A stretch of DNA of 64,000 nt from Alphaproteobacteria bacterium (lineage in GTDB: Bacteria > Pseudomonadota > Alphaproteobacteria > GCA-2731375), in the NCBI GenBank assembly GCA_965232515.1, contig CBDDPY010000002.1, forward strand, positions 2,336,001 through 2,400,000. Direction: 5' to 3'. The stretch's first letter is position 1. Each line of letters begins with the position of its first letter. The notes under the pieces are model-generated. The model searched no databases, had not been told where the DNA came from, and was given only the letters and a program-made list of their open reading frames with translations. Made by a program: the position numbers and the translations under genes. This document shows, piece after piece, positions 9,679-18,766 of the stretch.

Positions 9679-9803
9679 TGCCCGATCCTCCCGATTTCTT
9701 GTTTTCGGCCCACCGAGTTTAGCAGATCGCCGATCGACCGTGCCGGTTTGCTGGCGCCGTGACGGCGACTGGACTACGGTAAGCATCCAAATCGGAGGGA
9801 CCC

Positions 9804-10202
9804 ATGGACAGCTCTTACAACGAGATCTCGAACGCGCTTCTGGACTATTTCGACGGCTTCTACGATAGCGACGTCGCGACCCTGAAGCGGATCTTCCATC
9901 CGAACGCGCATCTCTATTCGGCGGCCGACGGACCGCTGGTGGACGACGACATGGACGCGGTCTATGCCCGTGTCGAGGCGCGCACCGCGCCGGCGAGCCT
10001 GGGCCAGCCGCGCATGGACAAGATCCTGTCGATCGACAAGTCAGGTCCGGAATCGGCGCTCGCCAAGGTGCAGATCGCCATCGGCGACCGGTTCTACACC
10101 GACTATCTGACCATGCTGAAAGTCGACGGCGGCTGGCGCATCATCTCGAAGACCTGGACCTACGTGCCGCTGAGCGAAGCCAAGGCGCAAGCGGCGGAAT
10201 AG
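9804..10202 (+). CDS. NTF2-like (lumazine-binding-like/SnoaL-like) protein
   Basis: YFDGFY...FHPNA...YTDYLTMLKVDGGWRIISK; GGAGG RBS. Confidence 0.85.
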   Translation: MDSSYNEISNALLDYFDGFYDSDVATLKRIFHPNAHLYSAADGPLVDDDMDAVYARVEARTAPASLGQPRMDKILSIDKSGPESALAKVQIAIGDRFYTDYLTMLKVDGGWRIISKTWTYVPLSEAKAQAAE

Positions 10203-10224
10203 GCGTCAGGATCGGCGGGGCGGA

Positions 10225-11058
10225 TCAGGCGATCTGGCCGCGGTGCTCCTCGCTCAACAGGTGGGCGTGCATGTTGGCGAGCCAGACCCGCCCCTCGCCG
10301 GTATAGCTCAGCAGCTCCATGCCGTCGGCGATGCGCGGATAAAGCACGTCCCAGAACAGCTTCGGATAGCCGATGCGGAAGTCGGCGACGTCGGCATAGC
10401 CGAGGAGCGCGGCCATGCCGGATTCTTCGAGCTCCTGCATCAGCGGCGGCATCTTCAGCACGAAGTTCGGGTCGGCGACCGCGCCGATCAGGTGCGCCGC
10501 GCGCAGCAGGCCGGGATAGGTCGCCGTCTCGTGATTGCGGTCGGTCGGCGGCGGAAAGCGGCTGTATTCGATGTTCGCCGCCATCGCCTCGCTGTTCAGC
10601 ATGGGATGATCGCGAAAATAGTGCCGCACGAAGATCTTGCTGCGGTCGGTGAAGTGCGGCCAGAGCCAGCCGTCGGTCGCGCCGCGCGGCGGCGTCACCA
10701 CGGCGTCGTCATCCCCGACGACCAGACGATCGCCATCGTCGCCCGGACAGGCGCCGCGGGAGAAGCCGACCGCGAAGCATAAGAGCGAGGCGACGAAATT
10801 GATCCAGTCGCCGGCGGGCACATCGCCGTCGCGCACCATCCGGCCGCGCATCATCTCCTGACCGACCAGCGTCACCAGCATCGTGTGGTCGATGTTGTGG
10901 TAGAGCGCGTTCGAGCGGGCGATGCGGTTCAGCGACATGCGCGCCACATGCACGATGGTGTCGATATGCGCGGTATTGGCGTCGCCGAAGGCGCCGACAT
11001 AGTCGGCGGTCAGCCGCTTGACGAAGGCGTCGATGATGATGTCGGAGGGTCTGAACAT
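10225..11058 (-). CDS. HD-superfamily paralog lacking the HD dyad (probable pseudo-phosphohydrolase)
   Basis: Collinear with the upstream gene (YHN, VTLVGQE, CPGD, GATD, YPGL, SEEHR) but CHD->CFA and AAD->AAH. Confidence 0.8.
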   Translation of the reverse strand: MFRPSDIIIDAFVKRLTADYVGAFGDANTAHIDTIVHVARMSLNRIARSNALYHNIDHTMLVTLVGQEMMRGRMVRDGDVPAGDWINFVASLLCFAVGFSRGACPGDDGDRLVVGDDDAVVTPPRGATDGWLWPHFTDRSKIFVRHYFRDHPMLNSEAMAANIEYSRFPPPTDRNHETATYPGLLRAAHLIGAVADPNFVLKMPPLMQELEESGMAALLGYADVADFRIGYPKLFWDVLYPRIADGMELLSYTGEGRVWLANMHAHLLSEEHRGQIA

Positions 11059-11069
11059 GGCGCGGCGGC

Positions 11070-11927
11070 TCAGGGCGCAGCGGCCCGATGCTCCTCGGAG
11101 AAGACGTGGCTGTAGAGCCCCGCCTCCCACTGCCGGCCTTCGCGGGTGACGCGCAGGTAGGCAAGCCCGGCGCCGATATGCTGGTTGACCATGTTCCAGA
11201 AGAAGTCCGGGTAGTTCTCGCGCAGATCTTCCGGGCTTTTGTTGCCCATGGCGGCGTTTTGGCCGGTCTCTTCGAACTCGTAGAACAAGGCCGCCAGCTT
11301 GCGCAGGTAATCGGGATCGGCGAGCTGGCCGATCAGGTCGGCGGCGCGGACCAGGCCCGGATAGTCGGCGTCTTCGGGCGAATCGTCCTGGCTCGGCACC
11401 GGGAACCGTGTGTTCTCGATGTTCGCCGCGACCACGTCCGCATCGATCACGGCATGGTCCTTGAACCGGCGGCGCACGAACATCTTGCCACGCTCGACAT
11501 GATGCGGGGTCAGGTAGGCGTCGGTGGCGCCAAGGGGCACTTCCACCGTATCGCCCTTCTCGTTGATGACGGCGACGTCGCCACGATCGCCCGGACAGAT
11601 GTTCCTGACGTAGCCGATGTCATGGCACAGCAGCGAGACGATGAAGTGCGTCCAATCGTCCGGACTGACGCTGCCCTCGCTCAGATACTTGCCGCGAATG
11701 ATCTCCTGGCCGACCAGCGTGACCATCATGCTGTGTTCGACGTTGTGATAGAACGCATCCGAGTTGGCGATGATCTCCATCGCCATCACGGCCGCCGCCT
11801 GGAGCGTGTTGGCGTTTTCCGGCTCCAACCCGCCATACATGCGGCGGTAGTTGGCGACCAGCCCATCGACGAAGCCGTCGATCAGGATCGACGTGGCATT
11901 AAAGGTTGCCGTTACATGGCCCGACAT
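11070..11927 (-). CDS. HD-domain metal-dependent phosphohydrolase (Npun_R2479-like)
   Basis: YHNVEH, LLCHDIGY, GATDAYLTPHHVERG, RAADLIGQLADP, LFYEFEETG. Confidence 0.85.
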   Translation of the reverse strand: MSGHVTATFNATSILIDGFVDGLVANYRRMYGGLEPENANTLQAAAVMAMEIIANSDAFYHNVEHSMMVTLVGQEIIRGKYLSEGSVSPDDWTHFIVSLLCHDIGYVRNICPGDRGDVAVINEKGDTVEVPLGATDAYLTPHHVERGKMFVRRRFKDHAVIDADVVAANIENTRFPVPSQDDSPEDADYPGLVRAADLIGQLADPDYLRKLAALFYEFEETGQNAAMGNKSPEDLRENYPDFFWNMVNQHIGAGLAYLRVTREGRQWEAGLYSHVFSEEHRAAAP

Positions 11928-12018
11928 GGCGCTTCAAGAACATCCCCCACGGTTTTGCGTTCGAATTTTGCATCGAACTTATCGTTGGTCACGGCGCAAC
12001 TTTCGCCGTTGCCCGGCA

Positions 12019-13167
12019 TCACGACTGTCGTATCGCGCCGGCCTCCTCCAGTGCGGCGATTTCTGCCGGCGCCAGTCCCCAGTCCGACAGCGCCGCCTTG
12101 GTATGCTCGCCCCGGCGCGGCGGCGGGCGTTGAATCTCCGCCTCGGTACGGCTGAATTTCGGCGCCGGCGCCGGCTGAACCACGCCGTCGATCTCGACGA
12201 AGCTCTCGCGCGCCTTGTTTTGCGGATGCTCGTGAACCTCGGCCAACGACAGGATCGGGGCAAAGCAGATGTCCGTGCCCTCCATGATCTTGCACCACGC
12301 GTCGCGGGTCTTGGTCTTGAACAGACCGGCCAGACGTTCCTTCATCGCGCCCCATTGTGCGCGATCGTTCTGTTTCGGCAACTCGTCGGCCGACAGCCCC
12401 AGCTTCTCCAGCAGTTCGGCATAGAATTTCGGTTCGATCGAACCGATCGAGACGTATTTGCCGTCGCTGGTTTCGTAGACGTTGTAGTAGTGCGAACCGG
12501 TGTCGAGCACATTCTCGCCGCGCGCGGGCTGCCAGAAACCGGACGCCTGCATGCCGAAAAACGCCGTCATCAGGTAGGCGGCGCCCTCGACCATGGAGAC
12601 GTCGACGACCTGACCGCGCCCCGAACGCGACGCCTCGAGCAGCGCCGACACCAGGCCGAAGGCAAGGAACATGGCGCCGCCGCCGAAATCGCCGACCAGA
12701 TTTAGCGGCGGCACCGGCGCCTCGCCGGCCCGGCCGATCGAATGCAGGGCGCCGGCCAGCGCGATGTAGTTGATGTCATGGCCGGCGGCATGCGCGATCG
12801 GTCCGTCCTGCCCCCAACCGGTCATCCGGCCATAGACCAGACGCGGATTGCGGTCCAGGCAATGTTCCGGTCCGATCCCGAGGCGTTCGGCGACGCCGGG
12901 CCGGAAGCCCTCGATGAAACCGTCGGCCTTGGAGACCAGCTGCAGAACGGCGGCCACGCCTTCGGGCCGTTTCAGATCGATCGCGACAGAACGCCGGCCG
13001 CGGGTCAGCAGGTCGAAGCGCGGATCCTGGGAGATGCCGAGGCCCGACGGCTCGGTACGGTCGATGCGCAGAACATCCGCGCCCATATCGGCCAGCAACA
13101 TGGCGCAGAACGGGCCGGGCCCGATGCCGGCAATCTCGATAATCTTAAGTCCGGCCAGTGGTCCCAT
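12019..13167 (-). CDS. CaiB/BaiF CoA-transferase family III, alpha-methylacyl-CoA racemase-like
   Basis: [49 protein letters not shown]. Confidence 0.93.
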   Translation of the reverse strand: MGPLAGLKIIEIAGIGPGPFCAMLLADMGADVLRIDRTEPSGLGISQDPRFDLLTRGRRSVAIDLKRPEGVAAVLQLVSKADGFIEGFRPGVAERLGIGPEHCLDRNPRLVYGRMTGWGQDGPIAHAAGHDINYIALAGALHSIGRAGEAPVPPLNLVGDFGGGAMFLAFGLVSALLEASRSGRGQVVDVSMVEGAAYLMTAFFGMQASGFWQPARGENVLDTGSHYYNVYETSDGKYVSIGSIEPKFYAELLEKLGLSADELPKQNDRAQWGAMKERLAGLFKTKTRDAWCKIMEGTDICFAPILSLAEVHEHPQNKARESFVEIDGVVQPAPAPKFSRTEAEIQRPPPRRGEHTKAALSDWGLAPAEIAALEEAGAIRQS

Positions 13168-13253
13168 TGCGCTATCCTGATCTCCGCATGCCAATGTTCA
13201 TGCGGGCCAGGATAGCGCAATGATGCGCCGGGGCGAAACGCCGTCGCGCGGTT

Positions 13254-13757
13254 TTATGCGGCGGCGAACGCCGGATGAATGAGTGTCGCCGACTCGTCCG
13301 CCAGTTGCCGAAGCAAATAGATCGGATCGACGATGTCGTGGCTCCAGGCCTGAAGCGTACGCAGCTGCGCCAACGGCGCGGCGCCGTGGGGCTCGCTATC
13401 CCGATCGGTGAACTCGCTCATCAGCGTCGCCACGCGACCGCCGAACCCCCGATCCCACGACAGGCTGGGTCCGGCCCCGATAAACACCACGGCAAACGTG
13501 CATGGCGCCAACCGGGTTACCGCCCCGCTCAAGCCGGCCGCGGCGCGAACGAGATCGAACGCCAGCGACGGCGGCAGGAAGTAAAGCTGCACCTGATGCA
13601 CCGAAAGCCTGAGATTGGTCGGCCCCAACTGCTCGATCAAGCGGTTCATTTCATCGGCGAATACTGCCTCGCCGGGTCTTTCCGTCGCCCCAACACCCAA
13701 ACCGGGCGCCTCGACGGCAGCGTCATGTCGCTCAAGCTGCAGCGACGATGTGCGCAT
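13254..13757 (-). CDS. Hypothetical protein, possibly a degenerate GGDEF-like fold
   Basis: GGAGG RBS; AVTRLAPCTFAVVF resembles the (V)ARLGGDEFAVLL segment. Confidence 0.5.
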   Translation of the reverse strand: MRTSSLQLERHDAAVEAPGLGVGATERPGEAVFADEMNRLIEQLGPTNLRLSVHQVQLYFLPPSLAFDLVRAAAGLSGAVTRLAPCTFAVVFIGAGPSLSWDRGFGGRVATLMSEFTDRDSEPHGAAPLAQLRTLQAWSHDIVDPIYLLRQLADESATLIHPAFAAA

Positions 13758-13844
13758 TCTTCCCCTCCGCCTGGACCTCAGCCCTCTGCAAATTCGTACC
13801 CTCTCATTGCCGGCCGCACGATGCCCTCCGCGGCCGCGAGAAAC

Positions 13845-13862
13845 TGTTACAACTTGTTACAA
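13845..13862. promoter_or_regulatory. Tandem direct repeat TGTTACAA-CT-TGTTACAA (candidate OmpR/PhoB-type site)
   Basis: Exact 8-mer repeated with 10-bp periodicity, ~90 nt upstream of the 13757 start. Confidence 0.45.
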
Positions 13863-13932
13863 GGTAAGCAGTCGAGTGCGACATGGGTGGGGCAAACCTG
13901 TGGTAATTTCCGGGCTCATGGCCGGAACATCG

Positions 13933-14664
13933 TTAACAGCGCCAGCGATAGCCGAAGCCCGGATAATTCCTGATGTGATCGAAGTCAGGATCAATTTCCC
14001 GAAACTTGTTTCTAATCCGTTTGATGAAGGACCTGACGTTCACGCGATAGCCGTCTTCTCCTTCACCGGCAATAAATCCTGGCCCATGCGCCAGGTCGTA
14101 GATCCGCCGGTAGGACACATCTTTGTCACGCTGCTGGATCAGCAGCTCGACGATTTTGAATTCGGTCAGCGTGAGATCGACCTTCCGACCGTCCCAATAG
14201 GCGCGCCGCGTCGGTGCATCGAGTTGCAATCGCCCGACCGCACCGGCATCGGCCTGCGGCACATGGTTGACCGGCGCCGCTTGGCCGTTTGAACCGGCGG
14301 CGATGGCGGCAGCCAGCCGGATGCGCTGCAGCAACAGGGACGTCGAGCGCGCGCGGTCGATAAAGTCGACCGGCCCGAACGCCAGCGCCGCGTCCTCGTC
14401 GACGCGGTCGGTGGCCTGCGTCAGCATGATGACCGGCATCTGCAGGTCGTGGGCGCGGATCTGCCGCAGCACGTCGAGGCCGCCAGAATCAGGCAGGCCC
14501 CATGTCAGCAGGACGACATCGGCCGTGCCGCCTTCGCTCAGAAACCGGAGCGCTTCCGCACCGGTCGCCGCGCCGAAGGTGACGACATCGCCCGCCCTCA
14601 GCGCGCGTTCGATCAGCGCGCGGGCCGGCTCGTCATTATCGACCACGAGAACTCGAATCGGCAT
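13933..14664 (-). CDS. OmpR/ChvI-like response regulator with atypical receiver
   Basis: REC domain (VLVVDND) plus wHTH (VDLTLTEF, IKRIRNKF...NYPGFGYRW); the phospho-Asp position is Thr. The start could be slightly upstream. Confidence 0.85.
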   Translation of the reverse strand: MPIRVLVVDNDEPARALIERALRAGDVVTFGAATGAEALRFLSEGGTADVVLLTWGLPDSGGLDVLRQIRAHDLQMPVIMLTQATDRVDEDAALAFGPVDFIDRARSTSLLLQRIRLAAAIAAGSNGQAAPVNHVPQADAGAVGRLQLDAPTRRAYWDGRKVDLTLTEFKIVELLIQQRDKDVSYRRIYDLAHGPGFIAGEGEDGYRVNVRSFIKRIRNKFREIDPDFDHIRNYPGFGYRWRC

Positions 14665-14872
14665 TCCCCCAGCATTCGTACCCGATGCACGAATCCCACT
14701 GACCGACATCCCATCCATACGATGCTGAACGGGATTTGCCCGTTCAGCCCGACGCTGTTGTCTTGTTTTTCTCGGTGTACTGGCGGCTTCTGCCGCAACG
14801 CGACGTTTCGGCCTCGTTCGGCCATGTCGAACCGGCCGATTTCCGTCGTCGCTTAATTGTTCGGTCACGCCC

Positions 14873-14888
14873 GTTAACAGGTTGTTAA
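14873..14888 (-). promoter_or_regulatory. CtrA-type binding box
   Basis: + strand GTTAA-CAGGTTG-TTAA = TTAA-N7-TTAAC on the minus strand, upstream of the response regulator. Confidence 0.6.
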
Positions 14889-14957
14889 AAACTATGGTTA
14901 CCGCACGCACTTGTTCAAGATGCCCGGTCGGTCAAAAAGGCTGGAATGCAGGCGCTT

Positions 14958-17009
14958 TCAGCGCCGGCGCACGGGCGCATAGCGCGGTTGCGGCAATGCC
15001 GCGGGGGACGGCGGCAATCCCAGGCCCCGAACGGCCTCGACGGGCGACCAGGCCGTGAGCGTCTGCGGCGCCATTGCGACGCGGCGGGGACGCGGACAGA
15101 TGCACCGCCCGCGGCGGCGCGGCGGCGGCGGGACGGTGGCGGCCAGTCCCGGAAGCGCCGGTTCGCGCTGACTGGCGACCGCGAACAGGCGCAACACCGG
15201 CGCCGGCCGGGTTTCCTCTGGCGTCAGGAAAACACTGTGCCGATGCAGCCAGGCGCCAATACCCGCACGGCTAGAGAGGATCGAGACCGGCACCGCCAGC
15301 ACCAGTCCGATCAGCACCGGCAGGAACCACCAGAAGAAGGTCGGCGCCAGGGACAGCAATACGCCGGCCCAGACCAGGCCGAACAAGGTCTGGCCGCCAT
15401 GTAGTGTGAGGGCTTCCCTCAAGCCGACGCCGCGCTCGCCGCGGGGCTGGGGGGTCCAGGACACACTGCGGCCGCAAAGGTTGGCGATCACGAAACGGGC
15501 GTGGAAGACCATCATCAACGGCGCGTGCAGAGCCGAATAGAACTGCTCGAGCAGCAGACTGACGAACAGCCGGCCGCGACCGCCAAAGGCCGACAGCCGG
15601 TCACGGTCCAGCAACACGAGCATGGCCGCGAGCAGCTTCGGCACCACCAGCATGCCGATCGTCACCGTGAACAGGGTGAATGTCTCGGCCGTCTTCGACA
15701 CCGGCCAGACCGGGAACAGGTTATAGCCCGGCGCGAAATAGACATGCGGCGATAGCGTCTGCACGACGATCTCGATCGTGCTCAGCATCAATAGCAGGAA
15801 CCAGATCGCCGAAGACAGATACGACATGCCGCCGCTGGCCATATGCAGGCGGCTCATGCCGGCAAGGCCGCGGCTGGTCAGCAACCGCTGATGCTGCAGA
15901 TTGCCCTGGCACCAGCGGCGGTCCCGCTGCGCGAAATCGCCGATATTCGACGGCATCTCCTCGTAGCTGCCGCCGACGTCCGGTACCAGCCAGACGGACC
16001 AGCCGGCACGCCGCAGCAAGGCTGCTTCGACAAAATCGTGGCTCAGGATCTCGCCGCCGAGCGGCGCCTTGCCGGGCAAGTCCGGCAGGCCGCAATGCTG
16101 TGTGAAGGCCGCCGTGCGGATGATCGCGTTGTGGCCCCAATAGTTGCTGTCGCCAAGTTGCCAGTAGTGCAGACCGGCCGCCATCATCGGGCCGCAAAGG
16201 CGGTTCACGAACTGAACGGCGCGCGCGAACAGCGTTTCGCCATTGATCAGCGTCGGCACCGTCTGGATCAGGCCGACGCGCGGGTTCGCCTGCATCAGCC
16301 GGACCAGCTTGACCAGCGTTGCGCCGGCCATGACGCTGTCGGCGTCGAGCACCACCATGTGGTCGTAGCGGCTGCCCCAGTTGCGGCAGAATTCGGCGAT
16401 GTTGCCAGCCTTGCGGCCGGCGTTGCGACGCCGCCGCCGATAGAACAGGCGGTCCGCAGCGCCAAGCCGGTCGCGCAGATCGGCCCAGGCCCGCTCCTCG
16501 TCCGCCAAACGTGCCGCATCGTTCGAGTCGCTCAAAACGTAGAAATCGAAATGCGACAGACTGCCGGTCGTCGCCAACGACAGATAAGTCGCTTGCAGGC
16601 CGGCGAAGACCCGTTCGGTATCCTCGTTGTAGACCGGCATGACGATGGCCGTCCGCGTGCGGATCGGGCCGGCGATAACGGTTGCGTTCCGGTGCCCGCC
16701 CGGCCAACGCTCGGCCAGCCGACCGAGAAAGCCGATCACGGCGGTCCAGAATGACATCGAAATCCAGATGAAGTTCAGTGCGAACAGCGGCACGATCGCG
16801 GCCTCGACGATCGAGGTGCCGTTGGCCCGGACGATGTCCAGCATCAGCATCACGCCGATAATCGCCGTCAACAGGACCAAGCTGAAGAACGACAGGCGCC
16901 GAGACAGCCGTTGCGCCGGCGAGACGGTGTCGAGTTCCATGGCGCCCCCCGGCGTCGTGCGCTCGCCGCCCGAAGGGAGGCGTAGCTTGTGCGTATCTAT
17001 GCCGTCCAC
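14958..17009 (-). CDS. opgH: Glucan biosynthesis glucosyltransferase OpgH/MdoH
   Basis: MPVYNED, KAGNIAEF, LDADS, YWGHNAIIR, LSHDFVEA, RDRRWCQGNLQH; start is GTG 17009 (overlaps opgG end, GGAG RBS) or ATG 16940. Confidence 0.95.
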   Translation of the reverse strand: MDGIDTHKLRLPSGGERTTPGGAMELDTVSPAQRLSRRLSFFSLVLLTAIIGVMLMLDIVRANGTSIVEAAIVPLFALNFIWISMSFWTAVIGFLGRLAERWPGGHRNATVIAGPIRTRTAIVMPVYNEDTERVFAGLQATYLSLATTGSLSHFDFYVLSDSNDAARLADEERAWADLRDRLGAADRLFYRRRRRNAGRKAGNIAEFCRNWGSRYDHMVVLDADSVMAGATLVKLVRLMQANPRVGLIQTVPTLINGETLFARAVQFVNRLCGPMMAAGLHYWQLGDSNYWGHNAIIRTAAFTQHCGLPDLPGKAPLGGEILSHDFVEAALLRRAGWSVWLVPDVGGSYEEMPSNIGDFAQRDRRWCQGNLQHQRLLTSRGLAGMSRLHMASGGMSYLSSAIWFLLLMLSTIEIVVQTLSPHVYFAPGYNLFPVWPVSKTAETFTLFTVTIGMLVVPKLLAAMLVLLDRDRLSAFGGRGRLFVSLLLEQFYSALHAPLMMVFHARFVIANLCGRSVSWTPQPRGERGVGLREALTLHGGQTLFGLVWAGVLLSLAPTFFWWFLPVLIGLVLAVPVSILSSRAGIGAWLHRHSVFLTPEETRPAPVLRLFAVASQREPALPGLAATVPPPPRRRGRCICPRPRRVAMAPQTLTAWSPVEAVRGLGLPPSPAALPQPRYAPVRRR

Positions 17010-18577
17010 AGGTAGCTCCAGGTTTCGGTCAGAACGTCGTTGCGCAGACGCAGGAAGCAGCGCAGATCGGCCGGCTTGTCGCCGTCGGGCAGGAAATCGA
17101 ACAAGGCCCGCCAGCCGCCAATCGCGTCGTTCTTGTGCGCGCGCGTATTGCGGATCTCGCCGGAACTCGCGCTGACGACCAGATGCACCGGCTGCTCCGG
17201 CCGCAGCAGATCCAGATCGCCACCAGCGAAATCGAGCGAGAACCGGCGCAGCTCGGCCGGCGCCCGGTTCGGATGGCCCGAGTAGCGCGCCAGGCCCCAG
17301 CGGGTCGCCACGGTCCTGCCGCGCGGTGGTGTCCGGTCGACGAGGCCCGCGGCGTGCAGGCGATAGCTGACGTCGACGGGCTGGCCGCCGACGGCGGGCG
17401 CCTCCGGCACCCAATAGGCGACGATGTTGTCGTTCACTTCTTCGTCGGACGGAATTTCGACCAGCTCAACCCGGCCAGCGCCCCAGTCGCCGATCGGCTC
17501 GACCCAGAGGCTCGGCCGACGCTGGTAGTTCATCTCCAGGTCCTGATAGCTGGCGAAATCGCGGTCGCGTTGCATCAGGCCGAAGCCGCGGGGGTTGCGA
17601 TCGAGGAACGTGCTGATCCGCACGGCGCGCGGGTTCTGCAGCGGCCGCCAGATCCACTCGCCGTGCCCGGCATGTATCAGCAGACCGTCGGAGTCGTGTA
17701 CCTCGGGCCGGAAGTCGTCGAACTGGCGGCTGCGGTTTTCGCCGAACATGAACATGCTGGTCAGCGGCGCGACGCCGAGCTTGGCGATGTCCCGGCGCGG
17801 ATAGATGGTGGCCGTCACGTCGACCTCGGTCGTCGAGCCCGGCCGCAGCACGAAGCTGTAGGCGCCGGTCGCGCTCTCGCTGTCGAGCAACGCGTAGAGC
17901 TTGATCGCGGTTGCGTCCGGCGCCGGCCGCTGCAGCCAGAACTCCCGGAAGAACGGAAATTCCTCGCCCTTCGACAGCGCGGTGTCGATCGCCAGGCCGC
18001 GCGCCGACAGGCCGAAATGTTGCTCGCGCCCCAGAATCCGGAAATACGAGGCGCCCAGGAAGACGGCGAACTCGTCAAAGTAATCCGGCCGATGCAGCGG
18101 ATAGTGCAGGCGGAACCCGGCGAAACCCAGATCGTCCGGCGGCGGCGGGTCGAACCGGTTGGCGCCGAAGTCGAACATGCTGGCTTGGCTCGCCATCGGC
18201 CGCGGCCCGCCTTCGTCCAAAATGTTGATCCGCACCGGTCGGTCGAAGAAATAGCCGCGATGGAAGAACTGCACCTGAAACAGGCCGTCGCCGCGCCAGA
18301 GCGCGCGTTCGGGTCTGAAGCGGATGTCCTGATACTGCTCGTAGCTGAGCTTCTTCAGATCGTCCCGCAGACTTTCGCGGCCGTCATCGAAGCGGTTCGC
18401 CGCCAGTTCGCGGGCCCGCTGCTTCACCAACTCGATGTCGAACTCCGGCGTCGCCGCCGTGTCCTGCGCCAGCAGCGGCCAAGGCCCAGCCATCGATGCG
18501 GCGGCCATGCCCACCGAGCCGGCCAGTATCCGGCGGCGCCCGACGGCTCTGCCTGGACGAACAAACGAACGCGTCAC
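16997..18577 (-). CDS. opgG: Periplasmic glucan biosynthesis protein OpgG/MdoG (OpgD family)
   Basis: Twin-arginine-like leader (GRRRILAG), FLGASYFR, GLSARGLAIDT, APLTSMF, DFRPEVHDSDGL, DNIVAYW; start approximate. Confidence 0.93.
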   Translation of the reverse strand: MTRSFVRPGRAVGRRRILAGSVGMAAASMAGPWPLLAQDTAATPEFDIELVKQRARELAANRFDDGRESLRDDLKKLSYEQYQDIRFRPERALWRGDGLFQVQFFHRGYFFDRPVRINILDEGGPRPMASQASMFDFGANRFDPPPPDDLGFAGFRLHYPLHRPDYFDEFAVFLGASYFRILGREQHFGLSARGLAIDTALSKGEEFPFFREFWLQRPAPDATAIKLYALLDSESATGAYSFVLRPGSTTEVDVTATIYPRRDIAKLGVAPLTSMFMFGENRSRQFDDFRPEVHDSDGLLIHAGHGEWIWRPLQNPRAVRISTFLDRNPRGFGLMQRDRDFASYQDLEMNYQRRPSLWVEPIGDWGAGRVELVEIPSDEEVNDNIVAYWVPEAPAVGGQPVDVSYRLHAAGLVDRTPPRGRTVATRWGLARYSGHPNRAPAELRRFSLDFAGGDLDLLRPEQPVHLVVSASSGEIRNTRAHKNDAIGGWRALFDFLPDGDKPADLRCFLRLRNDVLTETWSYLWTA

Positions 18578-18766
18578 GATAGAAATGTCCCTACTCCCGC
18601 CCGGTCGAAGCGGCGCTTTTGGCACGCGTCCTTGATGTCCCGACAAACCCCGCGCGCCACGTCGCCCGCATTCACAGATAGCGGGAACCCGGTGACGTTC
18701 CTGTGGGATTTTCGCGGCCCGATTATGGCCGGAATTTGGCGGCTCTGCGGGGCTTCGCCTGTGGCG

